A stretch of 50,081 nucleotides of DNA from a virus (lineage: Duplodnaviria; Heunggongvirae; Uroviricota; Caudoviricetes): IMG/VR virus record IMGVR_UViG_3300017565_000017, positions 192,779 through 242,859 of that record. The stretch is one strand, 5' to 3'. The notes below the pieces were generated by a model. The model searched no databases. It had not been told where the DNA came from and saw nothing but the letters and a program-made list of their open reading frames with translations. Positions 37,860 through 46,878 of this stretch are shown piece after piece (the first letter of the stretch is position 1; each line of letters starts with the position of its first letter). A program made the position numbers and the translations under genes.

Positions 37860-38818
37860 TTAACTGACGGGTTACGGACTACGTCCATGGTACGTAACGT
37901 TCATAGACTGGTAATACAACTGTTTTAAAAAATTTTCGTGGCGCAGCGTAGCGAGCAACGCACGGAGGCCGAAGGCCGACGTGTGTAATGGACACACAAC
38001 ACACTGTCCACTTCCTAGATAATTGGAGGCGGATGTTTTTGTACAAAGTTCCCGGCTTCCAGTCGCTGCGCTCCTTACCGCCGGGACCAACCTCCCTTCG
38101 GTCGGCGTTTTTGTAAGATAAGAGAAAGACCTAGAACCTAGGACTTAGACCCACAATTACACCTCCAATTACTCACTCTACACGGACTCTAATTCGGGAT
38201 AAAATCGGGGCTCCGGCGCTTACCCATGATTACCCCTTACTCACCCTAAAATTCCGTTTTTTACCGTCATTTCTATATCTACCTCTTTACCCCTAACTAA
38301 CCTCTACTTTACCTCTATCATAGGTTCTATACTTCTACTGGTTCTTGTCTATTACAGGTGTGTTCCAACTCCTATCTCTTTACGTACTGTGCCATACCCA
38401 AAATTTTTTAAGAACCACTTATTACCCATGTATCTCATTACCCTGTAGTCTAGGTCTTACACCTATTCTACTTGAGCTAGGAACTGGAACCGGGTACTGT
38501 CATGGGGCGCTCTGCGCCCACATTCAGTTGTAGGTTCGAGGTTCCAACCGGGTCCGGGTATAGGTGCTAACTCCATTTGAGCTAGGGTCTAGTTCCATTT
38601 CCTAGTTCTGAATCTTATTATCTGCGGAGATCGTTTGACTCCGAATTAACTCGGATTTTGTCGGTTTAACTCTTGTTTTTGTCACCCTGTGTATGGGTTA
38701 TATGTCCTGTGTATGAACGGGGGTCTGTGTAGTTCTGAATTGGCTACTGAGGGGGTGGGGTAGTTTTAGGTCCGTACATTGCTTACCTGGGTCTTGTGGT
38801 GTACGGGTCTATGCTTTG

Positions 38819-38892
38819 TCCAGTGTCCTTGGTCATGGTTTCCAGTGTTGTTCTATATCTTGCCCTGGTTTCCAGTGTTGTCCCAGTGTCCT
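38819..38892. repeat. CCAGTGT repeat cluster
   Basis: TGGTTTCCAGTGTTGT at 38836 and 38866; CCAGTGTCCT at 38820 and 38883. Confidence 0.85.
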
Positions 38893-39049
38893 GTTCGTCT
38901 TATCATGACGACTCCACGAACGGAGTCGCTTCGGGGTACTCACCTTCCTCCCCCTTTCACAGATATTACCCGACTCTTGTATTACTTCTTGGATCTTGGA
39001 TTGGAAGGAGCTACGGTGCTCCCATGACTTTTGACTGCGTCAAATGATA

Positions 39050-39093
39050 AAAGGCCGGTTAGGGGCTTAAACTACAAACCCTAACCGGCCTTT
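39050..39093 (-). terminator. 15-bp perfect inverted repeat downstream of kinase gene
   Basis: AAAGGCCGGTTAGGG / CCCTAACCGGCCTTT. Confidence 0.6.
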
Positions 39094-39144
39094 GTTATAC
39101 AACCCTAACCGCTACGGGTTAGGCTCCGGACTTGTTAACAAGTC

Positions 39145-40437
39145 CTAGTTCTTTGCAGCGTGTAGACGCGCTAGGGCTTGACCCAGCGCTTGGGACAGGT
39201 ATTGCACTTCCATTTCCAACATATGGATGTGACCCATCTTGTAGTCCGTGGGTATCTGTTGGGTAGGTAATACTTGACCTAGACCCACTGGACCTGGACC
39301 TGGAACCGGATTGGACGCAGGTACTGGATTTGGACTCACGGGCTCCGTGTTGGGCAGTTCACCCATGAGCTTGTTATACGCCTCATTCCATTTGGCCTCT
39401 TGTTGGGAGTGCCACTCAGCGCTGTAATCACCCTCCAACGGAGGCCACGCCTGATTAGCTGCCTGTGCTGCTTTACGTGCCTTGCGTTCAGCTCTCCGCA
39501 GTTGTCTCCAGCTTCTATAGAAGCGGCGGTACTCAGGCGGAGCATCATCCGCAGGCGCAATCATGTTGTGGTATGTAGAGACCTTCACCTTAGGTGACTT
39601 CTCAGTGCCGGATCCAGTGATACCCGCTTTACGAGCTTCGCGTGCGTCCTGAGCAGCCTTTTCCTTTTCGTATAATTGCTGATCGAACACCATAGCGCGC
39701 TGATCCACGTCATATTTGTAACCCAGAGTGCGCTCCCCGTTCTTATCCAGGGATTGTAATTCGATTTTGATCTCAGGGCGCAGTTCCCACTTGGACTCAG
39801 GTTCCCCAACTTGCCAGCCCTTAGTTGGATCATGGCCGAAAATCTTAGCCACCCACTCCCAACCTTCATTGCGATCCACGTACTTGGCTTGGACCCCCGC
39901 TTCTTCCAGCTTCTTCATGACGCCGGGTACGCTGTTAGCCTTGGAGATCAGGTTGTCAGGGTTGACATCGCTGGCGTTGGGGTCTTTGTCACGGCGACGG
40001 GCATTGACAGCCGCAATGCAGTCATCCATGGATGTGGTAAGGGCAAGGATACGAGACTGACCATTGGTCAGCTTGTTCATCTTGATGGTTTGGATGGCGT
40101 CCCCGGTATATAGGAGACCCTCGTTCAGTACATGATAGCCCTTGGCCCAGAAGTAGGCTACGAGCTCATTCATAGCTGCGTAATGGGAGATCGAATCGAG
40201 GCCACCACAACCGGCCGATCCTGCTTCGTAGTGACCAATGACTGCGAGGGGGCGCTTGCCTTCATTCTCGAACACGTGAGCGATGGGCTGACGCCGACCG
40301 TTCACAAAGTAATTAGTCTTGTACTTGTATTGGGACAAGAGCTTGAACACGATCGTGGTCTTGCCTGATCCTGACGTACCTTTAATACCTACCAGACGTT
40401 GCTTCTCTGGCTTGATCTGGCTCCAGTCTTTTGACAT
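39145..40437 (-). CDS. P-loop nucleotide kinase, putative 5-hmdU DNA kinase, with C-terminal extension
   Basis: GTSGSGKTT; IGHY....CGGLDSI; LNEGLL; C..AVNARR lid; matches the P-loop kinases of hypermodified-thymidine systems as recalled. Confidence 0.7.
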   Translation of the reverse strand: MSKDWSQIKPEKQRLVGIKGTSGSGKTTIVFKLLSQYKYKTNYFVNGRRQPIAHVFENEGKRPLAVIGHYEAGSAGCGGLDSISHYAAMNELVAYFWAKGYHVLNEGLLYTGDAIQTIKMNKLTNGQSRILALTTSMDDCIAAVNARRRDKDPNASDVNPDNLISKANSVPGVMKKLEEAGVQAKYVDRNEGWEWVAKIFGHDPTKGWQVGEPESKWELRPEIKIELQSLDKNGERTLGYKYDVDQRAMVFDQQLYEKEKAAQDAREARKAGITGSGTEKSPKVKVSTYHNMIAPADDAPPEYRRFYRSWRQLRRAERKARKAAQAANQAWPPLEGDYSAEWHSQQEAKWNEAYNKLMGELPNTEPVSPNPVPASNPVPGPGPVGLGQVLPTQQIPTDYKMGHIHMLEMEVQYLSQALGQALARLHAAKN

Positions 40438-40509
40438 TGCAGCATCCTATAAGGGTTTGTGAATGGGGATGAAATTGGGATCCACCCCTACACCTTATTT
40501 ACGATTTCC

Positions 40510-40770
40510 GCACCTGCTCCTGCTCCTGTTGGAGTAGGGTCTTCTGCTGCTTCTGCTGCTGTCGCTGGAGTCATTCCTCCTCTCCTGCTGCTCCTGCAAG
40601 ACTCTCCTGCTGCTGCACCTGGATTCATTCTCCTCTCCTGCTGCTGGAATGGACTCTCCTGCTGCCGCTGGAGTCATTCTCTTCTCCTGCTGCAGAATCA
40701 GATCTCCTGCTGCTGGAATGGACTCTCCTGCAGATCTCCTGCTGGATCTATCTCCTCTCCTGCTGGAATT
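40510..40770 (-). repeat. degenerate tandem CAGGAG repeat tract
   Basis: 12 CAGGAG copies on the minus strand; 29-bp exact repeat at 40634-40662 and 40703-40731. Confidence 0.9.
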
Positions 40771-41090
40771 GAGTCCGAGTCCTAGATCTAAGACCTGGAT
40801 CTTCGTCTCAGATCTGGGATCAGGATCCTCCTCCTAGATCGCGGAGAGCGACTCCGTCTCCCTGAGAGTCTACGTCTCTCCTGGATCCTGATCCCAGATC
40901 TCTGTCAGGGATCCCGGTCATGGGCGTCTATCATGGACGTCCAAGATTCCCCCTGGCCCGATCGCCGTCTGAATATTCAGATCTACGATCACCATGTGGG
41001 ATCCTGCTCATTGCTCCTAGATCCTGCTCACAGAGGGAGACTGGCGGCAACTGGATCTAGTGCATTGGACCGCGGAACTGGATCAGGGTC

Positions 41091-41492
41091 TTAGATCGTG
41101 GACGGGGACTCCTCTTCGGTAGAAATGTGGATCTGACCCAGGAGCTTGACGAGGCGAATGAATGGCTCGTGCAGTGACTCTGGGATGATACTCGCGTTCC
41201 GCTGAACACGCGCCGCATAGTGGCGGGCAGGCAACGGAAAGGAGTGGGGGCGCAGCATCGCTGCTTGTGTGTCGTGCAGATCTTGCAGCCAGTTGAGGAG
41301 CTTGACGAAGTCCTCTTCTGTCTTGTTCTTGATCCACAGATTGAATTCGTAGATTTCCCAGCTATTAAGCCACCGCTCGTCCTGGCGCAGCACGGCAAAG
41401 CGCTCGCGCAACAGGTCAGAACTGAGGCAACTGTGACACCGCTGCATGAACTCGGTGCCTAGTCTGTAGCTGTAGTCGTGATGTACGGTCAT
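41091..41492 (-). CDS. hypothetical early protein
   Basis: Likely start MTVHH at 41492, below a sigma70 promoter. Confidence 0.6.
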   Translation of the reverse strand: MTVHHDYSYRLGTEFMQRCHSCLSSDLLRERFAVLRQDERWLNSWEIYEFNLWIKNKTEEDFVKLLNWLQDLHDTQAAMLRPHSFPLPARHYAARVQRNASIIPESLHEPFIRLVKLLGQIHISTEEESPSTI

Positions 41493-41531
41493 CAATAACA
41501 AAACCCTAGGGCCACAATTGGCCCGGGTTGC

Positions 41532-41560
41532 ATTATGCACGGTTTTAAAAGGGGGCGCAA
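41532..41560 (-). promoter_or_regulatory. sigma70 promoter (leftward)
   Basis: TTGCGC-17-CATAAT. Confidence 0.7.
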
Positions 41561-41607
41561 CTCCTTGTATTACTCCGACTTTTTGCAAAAACGGGGCGGC
41601 TCCCAGT

Positions 41608-41636
41608 TTGCTATTTTTGCGCCCCCGTGCTATATT
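41608..41636 (+). promoter_or_regulatory. sigma70 early promoter
   Basis: TTGCTA-17-TATATT with extended -10 TG. Confidence 0.8.
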
Positions 41637-41688
41637 AAGGGCTGGCTAATACCCCTAGCCAGTAACCCTAACCGTAAAGGCAAACCGT

Positions 41689-42315
41689 ATGTCCCAGACC
41701 CTTGTTCCCCTGTCCCGCGATCAGATCATCGCTCACTACGTCTCCCAGTTGGGTAAGACTCAGGGTGTGGATCGAGGCCCGGACCTCCCTGTCGTGCCGT
41801 ATGTGTGCGCGTTCTTCGCTGATCTCATGTCCGGGGATTGCGATTCCTTCGAACCCTTTGATGAAGCTCGCCACGAGGTTCCGTTTCCGAAGTACTCGTA
41901 CCTCGCACTCAATGCTCTCGTGTCCGGTACTCTGCCTATCAACTCTGAGAACGACGAGGATGTCGAATGCCTCTGGGATAACGTCGATTACTTCGACGGC
42001 ACTCTCGGCTATTGGGCTGCTTCTGTTCAGGACTCGAAGCATCAGCCTCAGCCCGAAGCTCTGGCGGATCTTGAGATCTGGCTTCGGGAAGACCCTCTGG
42101 TTCGCGCTCCGTTGCTTGCCCGCTTCGTATGGTTCAACTCGGATTACGAGCAGGCGGAAACGCACGGTCGAGATCGAGAGTACGACATCAATGCCGATAA
42201 CTACGGCGAGTTCTATGGCCCGGCTCCAATGTCTGCCGCAGAATCTGCAGCGGCTATCCCGGAAAATCTCCACGAAGTCACCATCGACATCTACGAATTG
42301 GCCTGCAACGACTAA
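41689..42315 (+). CDS. early hypothetical protein, paralog family A
   Basis: 208 aa after promoter; shares motifs with the 42418 ORF. Confidence 0.8.
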   Translation: MSQTLVPLSRDQIIAHYVSQLGKTQGVDRGPDLPVVPYVCAFFADLMSGDCDSFEPFDEARHEVPFPKYSYLALNALVSGTLPINSENDEDVECLWDNVDYFDGTLGYWAASVQDSKHQPQPEALADLEIWLREDPLVRAPLLARFVWFNSDYEQAETHGRDREYDINADNYGEFYGPAPMSAAESAAAIPENLHEVTIDIYELACND

Positions 42316-42334
42316 TCCCTGACCCGCCCGGGGG

Positions 42335-42363
42335 TTGCGCGTAGCGCGCCCCCGTGTTATATT
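42335..42363 (+). promoter_or_regulatory. sigma70 early promoter
   Basis: TTGCGC-17-TATATT, extended -10. Confidence 0.8.
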
Positions 42364-42417
42364 TGTGTACGGCGTAACCCCGCGCCCTAATGCCCTAACC
42401 GTAAAAAGGTACACCGT

Positions 42418-42948
42418 ATGTACGACACTACCATGATCCCCCTCCAGAATCTGCCCTGGCTTTCTGCGTTTATCCAGGACCTGTTCCCACCCGATGGTAG
42501 CGCTGGGGACGGGGAGCTGGATTACTTCGACGAAGCTGCCCGCGAAGCCAAGCACACCCCGTTCGTGTTCCCGCTGTTTATGTCCCTGATCCAGGGCAAG
42601 AACCTGCCTCCCACTGACTATATGTACGCTAAACATATGTACGTCACTCACACGGAGGCCGAGCTCCAGCTCCTAACTGAACTCAATGTCTGGTTGTCCC
42701 GGGATATCAGCCATGCTGTGTTCCTTGCCGAGTTCCTGTGGTACTCTTCGGATTATTGTTGGATTGAATTGCACGAGGTTGAGAGGCCCGAGGTGTATGA
42801 AGATTCGGAGCCGGAACCTGGGTCTATCCGTCGGTACAAGTACACGGGGGCGGGGCCGACGTCGGCTCCTATCTTTGCCTCTCTGGTCCCCCAGAAGTTC
42901 CATGCGATCATGGGGCGTTGGTTCACTCAGATGTGCTACTACGGGTAA
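42418..42948 (+). CDS. early hypothetical protein, paralog family A
   Basis: 176 aa; FDEA, L.VWL..D, LAEFLWYSSDY, GPTSA. Confidence 0.8.
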   Translation: MYDTTMIPLQNLPWLSAFIQDLFPPDGSAGDGELDYFDEAAREAKHTPFVFPLFMSLIQGKNLPPTDYMYAKHMYVTHTEAELQLLTELNVWLSRDISHAVFLAEFLWYSSDYCWIELHEVERPEVYEDSEPEPGSIRRYKYTGAGPTSAPIFASLVPQKFHAIMGRWFTQMCYYG

Positions 42949-42958
42949 GGGGCGTAAC

Positions 42959-43492
42959 ATGGGAACTTCTGCATCCATTATCTGCCACACTGGCTCCTAC
43001 ACGTGGGCTAACGACGTTCACTACGATGGTGACCTGTCTCACGTGGGTCTGCTCTTGGTCAACGCGTACCCCCGTCTTGAGGTCATTCAGCCCCTGGTCC
43101 ACGGCGGTTCCATGTCGGGCCTCGCCGCCATGTCTGGTTATCCGGCCCTCGATGATGACGATCGCGAGAAGATGCGTATGGCCGAGATCATGCGCACTCA
43201 CCATGATCGTCCCTACATGAAGAATCTGGTCTCGGTCTATTACCACCGAGACAAGAAAGAGCCTTGGGACCTCTGCAAGTATCGCACGTACAACTCGCTG
43301 GCCGAAGCGATCAAGGGTGAAACCTGCGACTATGTGTACGTGTGGCATGAGCCGACTCAGCGTTGGTATTGGGCGAATTGCGAGCAGCATCCTCGGTCGC
43401 TGACATCCAAGATACTGGCTGCTCGTCAGCCCGTGGTTGGTGTGCCTCTGTCCATTGCTTTGGAACACCAGCGTAAGAGCCCAGGCGCGTAA
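42959..43492 (+). CDS. conserved-type phage hypothetical protein
   Basis: Start MGTSASI; H.DG....VG..L...Y and CDYVYVW motifs typical of a widespread phage family. Confidence 0.75.
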   Translation: MGTSASIICHTGSYTWANDVHYDGDLSHVGLLLVNAYPRLEVIQPLVHGGSMSGLAAMSGYPALDDDDREKMRMAEIMRTHHDRPYMKNLVSVYYHRDKKEPWDLCKYRTYNSLAEAIKGETCDYVYVWHEPTQRWYWANCEQHPRSLTSKILAARQPVVGVPLSIALEHQRKSPGA

Positions 43493-43505
43493 CGCTACAT
43501 GGGGC

Positions 43506-43534
43506 TTGCGCCCCCGCCCCCACTGCTATATAAT
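43506..43534 (+). promoter_or_regulatory. sigma70 early promoter
   Basis: TTGCGC-17-TATAAT. Confidence 0.85.
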
Positions 43535-43588
43535 GTGGTACGGGCTACCCCTGGCCCTAAGTAAACCCTAACCGTATAGGCTAACCCC

Positions 43589-44215
43589 ATGTCCCTCCCT
43601 CACTTCAATCCGAACACGGCCGACGTCAGCAACGTGCGGGGCGTCCTCATGAACGCGCTCCGTACGTCGGCAGCCCTGGACCAGGAACGTGCGTATTCGA
43701 CGATCACTCATGTTCTGGCTATTGCCCAGGACGTGTATGAGATTCGTCTTCATGAAATCGAGCGCATCGTTGCCAGCAGCGCCACGAATGCCATCCAGGT
43801 GTTCCAGTACATCACCCGTGCTCTCGAGTCGATTCGCAACGAGCGGTGGGAGCTGCCGAAAAACGAGCTGGCTCCGACCCATTCGTACGACACGTACCAG
43901 CTTACTCGGCTCACGATCCTTCTGTGCAACATCGTGGCGCAGGACATTCCTGTCGTTGGTCTGTACCAGCGCCATTATGAAATGGTGCCTCTCATGGATC
44001 GCTACTACATTCTGCGGGCTAATCTCGTTCGGCTCAATGCGGAGTTCGACGAACTTGAGCAGAAGTCGGATGGTGATGATGATGCTGATGAGGAGGCCAT
44101 GGAAGAAATGCGCCCGTTCATCACCCCGATCTATGACGCTGTCGAGCAGATGCGTTTGCACCTGAACAAGAAGTTGGGTTTCGTCGGCGTCGAGATTCAA
44201 GGCGCTGCCTTCTAA
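43589..44215 (+). CDS. early hypothetical protein
   Basis: 208 aa between promoter and terminator. Confidence 0.8.
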   Translation: MSLPHFNPNTADVSNVRGVLMNALRTSAALDQERAYSTITHVLAIAQDVYEIRLHEIERIVASSATNAIQVFQYITRALESIRNERWELPKNELAPTHSYDTYQLTRLTILLCNIVAQDIPVVGLYQRHYEMVPLMDRYYILRANLVRLNAEFDELEQKSDGDDDADEEAMEEMRPFITPIYDAVEQMRLHLNKKLGFVGVEIQGAAF

Positions 44216-44258
44216 AGAACCTGTCAGGGTGGGCCAGCCGGCCCCATCTTGATCTTTC

Positions 44259-44283
44259 GGGGACCTTCGGGTTCCCTCTTTTT
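44259..44283 (+). terminator. intrinsic terminator
   Basis: GGGGACC-TTCG-GGTTCCC then TCTTTTT. Confidence 0.85.
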
Positions 44284-44284
44284 G

Positions 44285-44331
44285 GACTCCAGGTCTAAGA
44301 TCTTCGTCCTAGATCTAAGAGAGCGACTCCG
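44285..44331 (+). repeat. 47-bp GA/TC-rich intergenic box
   Basis: Near-identical to 47141-47187; 3' half also at 40836-40856. Confidence 0.85.
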
Positions 44332-44361
44332 GTCCGGAGGAAAAATAAATGTGTGGCGGGG

Positions 44362-44390
44362 TTGCGCCCTAGCCCTTATTACGCTATACT
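44362..44390 (+). promoter_or_regulatory. sigma70 early promoter
   Basis: TTGCGC-17-TATACT with upstream A-tract. Confidence 0.85.
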
Positions 44391-44443
44391 TTAGTTAATG
44401 GCTAACCCCGGCCAGTAAAAGCCCTAACCGTATAGGCTACCCC

Positions 44444-44851
44444 ATGTCCCAAGCTACCCTCCCCGAGATCGTCAAGGTCTTCATCAGCGAACCCCACGGC
44501 GAAGACTACGTTCCGGATCCGGCGCGTGTCGACGCCATCGTTGCTCGCGTCGAAAAGCGTATCCCCGCCCCCAAAATCCAGCAAGCACTCGACTGGATCA
44601 ACAACACTCCCATCGCCGACCCCTCCGGTAAGTCTGGGGATAAACTCCACTGGTCAATGTATTGCATCAGTGGGTTCGGTATGCCTCCCCATCCGTGGGT
44701 TCCCTTCGAACTTCAAGACGAAGTGGCTTATCTACTCGTAAAGATTTTCAATTGGGTGTGCTTCACGGATCTGTCGGGCACGCTGCCCCGCCCCGCCACC
44801 TTCGGTCAAATCCGTAAGGTTTATCGCGAAGCCATCGGCCTCGACTTCTAA
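44444..44851 (+). CDS. early hypothetical protein
   Basis: 135 aa. Confidence 0.75.
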   Translation: MSQATLPEIVKVFISEPHGEDYVPDPARVDAIVARVEKRIPAPKIQQALDWINNTPIADPSGKSGDKLHWSMYCISGFGMPPHPWVPFELQDEVAYLLVKIFNWVCFTDLSGTLPRPATFGQIRKVYREAIGLDF

Positions 44852-44860
44852 GGATCGACC

Positions 44861-45205
44861 ATGCACATCACCAATCTGTATGTCATGGCCTCGATGGCTA
44901 CCCTCGGCCACCACGAGGGTCTCGAGGCTACTGTCCGTGATCTTCATGCCATCGCCAAGGGCTACGAGTCGTGGGACCACTACCACGCCTTCGGTTCTCA
45001 GCCGGTGGATCCCTCGATCCTGGATACCAATCACGCTAACTTCGAGATTACCATCAAGTGCGTGGGTGAAATCCAAGGCCAGATTCGTTATCACCTGTGG
45101 TACGAAGCTCCAGACATTGGGGCTATGAGTTCGGCTACCAAACGAATCACCATCTACACCGACCTCAATGGTCTGGTCGCTAACGTGGAGCTCGACAATG
45201 TCTGA
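44861..45205 (+). CDS. early hypothetical protein
   Basis: 114 aa, AAGGA RBS. Confidence 0.75.
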   Translation: MHITNLYVMASMATLGHHEGLEATVRDLHAIAKGYESWDHYHAFGSQPVDPSILDTNHANFEITIKCVGEIQGQIRYHLWYEAPDIGAMSSATKRITIYTDLNGLVANVELDNV

Positions 45206-45572
45206 TTCTAACCTCATCGAACAACTGCTGGACAAGGATCTCTGGATCTTGCGGGCTCTGGTGCTTGCCTACTACCGGGGCGCACAATCGGAATCCGAAT
45301 GGGATCCGCAGGACGCCATCGGCACTGCTGCCTTCGCGCTGAACCATGCGTCGAACACGACCGGCATTGGCCTCGTGTGGGTCAACCACGAGCTCCGCGC
45401 CCCCATGCTGTTCCTGGACTGCCACCGCTTGCTCGAAGCACTCGGTGAAGCGGAACTCGTGGGCGAAAGCGCCCCCGTGCCTCAGGTCCTCATCAATCGA
45501 GTGCCTCACGAGCTTCACCTGTTCCTCACTCACTTCATCGACGCGTCTACGGGGTCACCGTCGAAAGAGTAA
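45198..45572 (+). CDS. early hypothetical protein, possible distant family A paralog
   Basis: Start MSDSN with GGAG RBS; RAPML and VP.ELH motifs. Confidence 0.7.
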   Translation: MSDSNLIEQLLDKDLWILRALVLAYYRGAQSESEWDPQDAIGTAAFALNHASNTTGIGLVWVNHELRAPMLFLDCHRLLEALGEAELVGESAPVPQVLINRVPHELHLFLTHFIDASTGSPSKE

Positions 45573-45595
45573 AAACCGGGGGCGCTGGCCCCCGT

Positions 45596-45624
45596 TTTAC
45601 ATTGCGCCGCCCCCGTGTTATACT
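45596..45624 (+). promoter_or_regulatory. sigma70 early promoter, overlapping a terminator hairpin at 45576-45598
   Basis: TTTACA-17-TATACT, extended -10. Confidence 0.8.
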
Positions 45625-45656
45625 TATTACCCTAACCCTAACAACCTGGAAAAACC

Positions 45657-46643
45657 ATGGCCGACTCCAAATCCCCTATCGAACAGCTCCTGTCGGCGCT
45701 CGATAGCGACAGCGAGGTTCAAACCCTCCGCGTCGAGGGTAACAACCTCGAAGAAGTGCTCCAGAACCTGCGCCAGCAAGCGCCGGAAGGTATCCCGCCG
45801 GAAGTGCTGTCGGCGATGGAAAACATCATCCGCAAGAAGTTCGGCGAGCGCGATTCTGCTTCCCATTCGGGCAAGTCCAAGGTCCCGGTCATCGACCACT
45901 GGACCGAGCAGGAGCGCGATATGTTCGTGTCGACCCTCAGCGCCCTGTTCAACAACCTGGGCCGCTACGATCCGGACCTCGACAGCCCGGAGATCGTTAA
46001 CAAGGGCATCGCCCATCTGGTGTTCTGCCCGCAGTGGGACCCGGAAAAGGTGCGCCCCCTGATCATCTGGATGCTGGAGAACCCGGCACGCATCCCCAGC
46101 ATGATCAACGTGATGAACACGTTCGTCCACGGGCTGGCCTGCAAGTTCCCCATCCCCTCGGTGGAAGACCTCAAGCTCAAGGATGAGCTGGCGGAAGACC
46201 GCGCCCTCGACATCACCCATCCGGCCATGCTGCATCTGGCCGAAACCATCATGGACCACGTGGACAACGCCTTCCACGAAGGCAACATGATTGCGTCTCT
46301 GCTTTCCTACGCGGTGCCCGACGCCTACGTGCTCAACGGCACGTGCAAGGACCACGAGGAGGCAGACGCTCGCTTCGACAACGAGCGCATGACCACGGTG
46401 GTCAATCAGCTTCTCAAGGACGAGACGCTGTCGCCCCATGCGGCCAATACCGCGCTCTACAGCACGACTGTCGCCCTTCCGGCCAAGATGTATCTCATTG
46501 CCCGCGCTCTGGGCAACGATTCGACGGTCGAACGCATGACTGGCCGTCTGCCGGATACCGTGGTCAAGGTCCTGGATGCTGCCGCGCTTCTGTGCTTCGG
46601 CGTCAAGGCCATCAAGGGCAAGAGCGACACGGTGCTCCACTGA
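45657..46643 (+). CDS. early hypothetical protein
   Basis: 328 aa, strongly G/C-ending codons. Confidence 0.85.
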   Translation: MADSKSPIEQLLSALDSDSEVQTLRVEGNNLEEVLQNLRQQAPEGIPPEVLSAMENIIRKKFGERDSASHSGKSKVPVIDHWTEQERDMFVSTLSALFNNLGRYDPDLDSPEIVNKGIAHLVFCPQWDPEKVRPLIIWMLENPARIPSMINVMNTFVHGLACKFPIPSVEDLKLKDELAEDRALDITHPAMLHLAETIMDHVDNAFHEGNMIASLLSYAVPDAYVLNGTCKDHEEADARFDNERMTTVVNQLLKDETLSPHAANTALYSTTVALPAKMYLIARALGNDSTVERMTGRLPDTVVKVLDAAALLCFGVKAIKGKSDTVLH

Positions 46644-46666
46644 CCTAAAGCTGCACTAATTACCCC

Positions 46667-46692
46667 GGGGGCGCGCTGTGCGCCCCTTTTTA
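46667..46692 (+). terminator. intrinsic terminator
   Basis: GGGGCGC-GCTGT-GCGCCCC then TTTTT. Confidence 0.8.
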
Positions 46693-46756
46693 TTTGCGCA
46701 CGTGTACACGGTTTACAACGCCTAAAAATATTTTTATTGTTTTACACGTTAGGGGG

Positions 46757-46785
46757 TTGCACAAGTGTATAACACGCCCTATAAT
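46757..46785 (+). promoter_or_regulatory. strong sigma70 promoter with AT-rich UP element
   Basis: TTGCAC-17-TATAAT. Confidence 0.9.
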
Positions 46786-46878
46786 ACATACATGGATCGC
46801 AAAACAGCGAACCTAACCTAGCAAACCGGGCATGGTGCCCGGTAGTAAACCTCCCACTGTAGGGAAAGGAGAAGTTCC

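Noticed and set aside
38345-39047. Plus-strand ORFs in the large intergenic region
   Set aside because: TTG/GTG starts without RBS and composition driven by strand skew
40459-40837. Short ORFs over the repeat tract
   Set aside because: Low-complexity translations in several frames with no convincing start context; treated as by-products of the repeat
41668-46640. Long minus-strand ORFs (41668-42651, 43568-44200, 45627-46640)
   Set aside because: Antisense shadows of GC3-biased plus-strand genes that have promoters, RBSs and terminators
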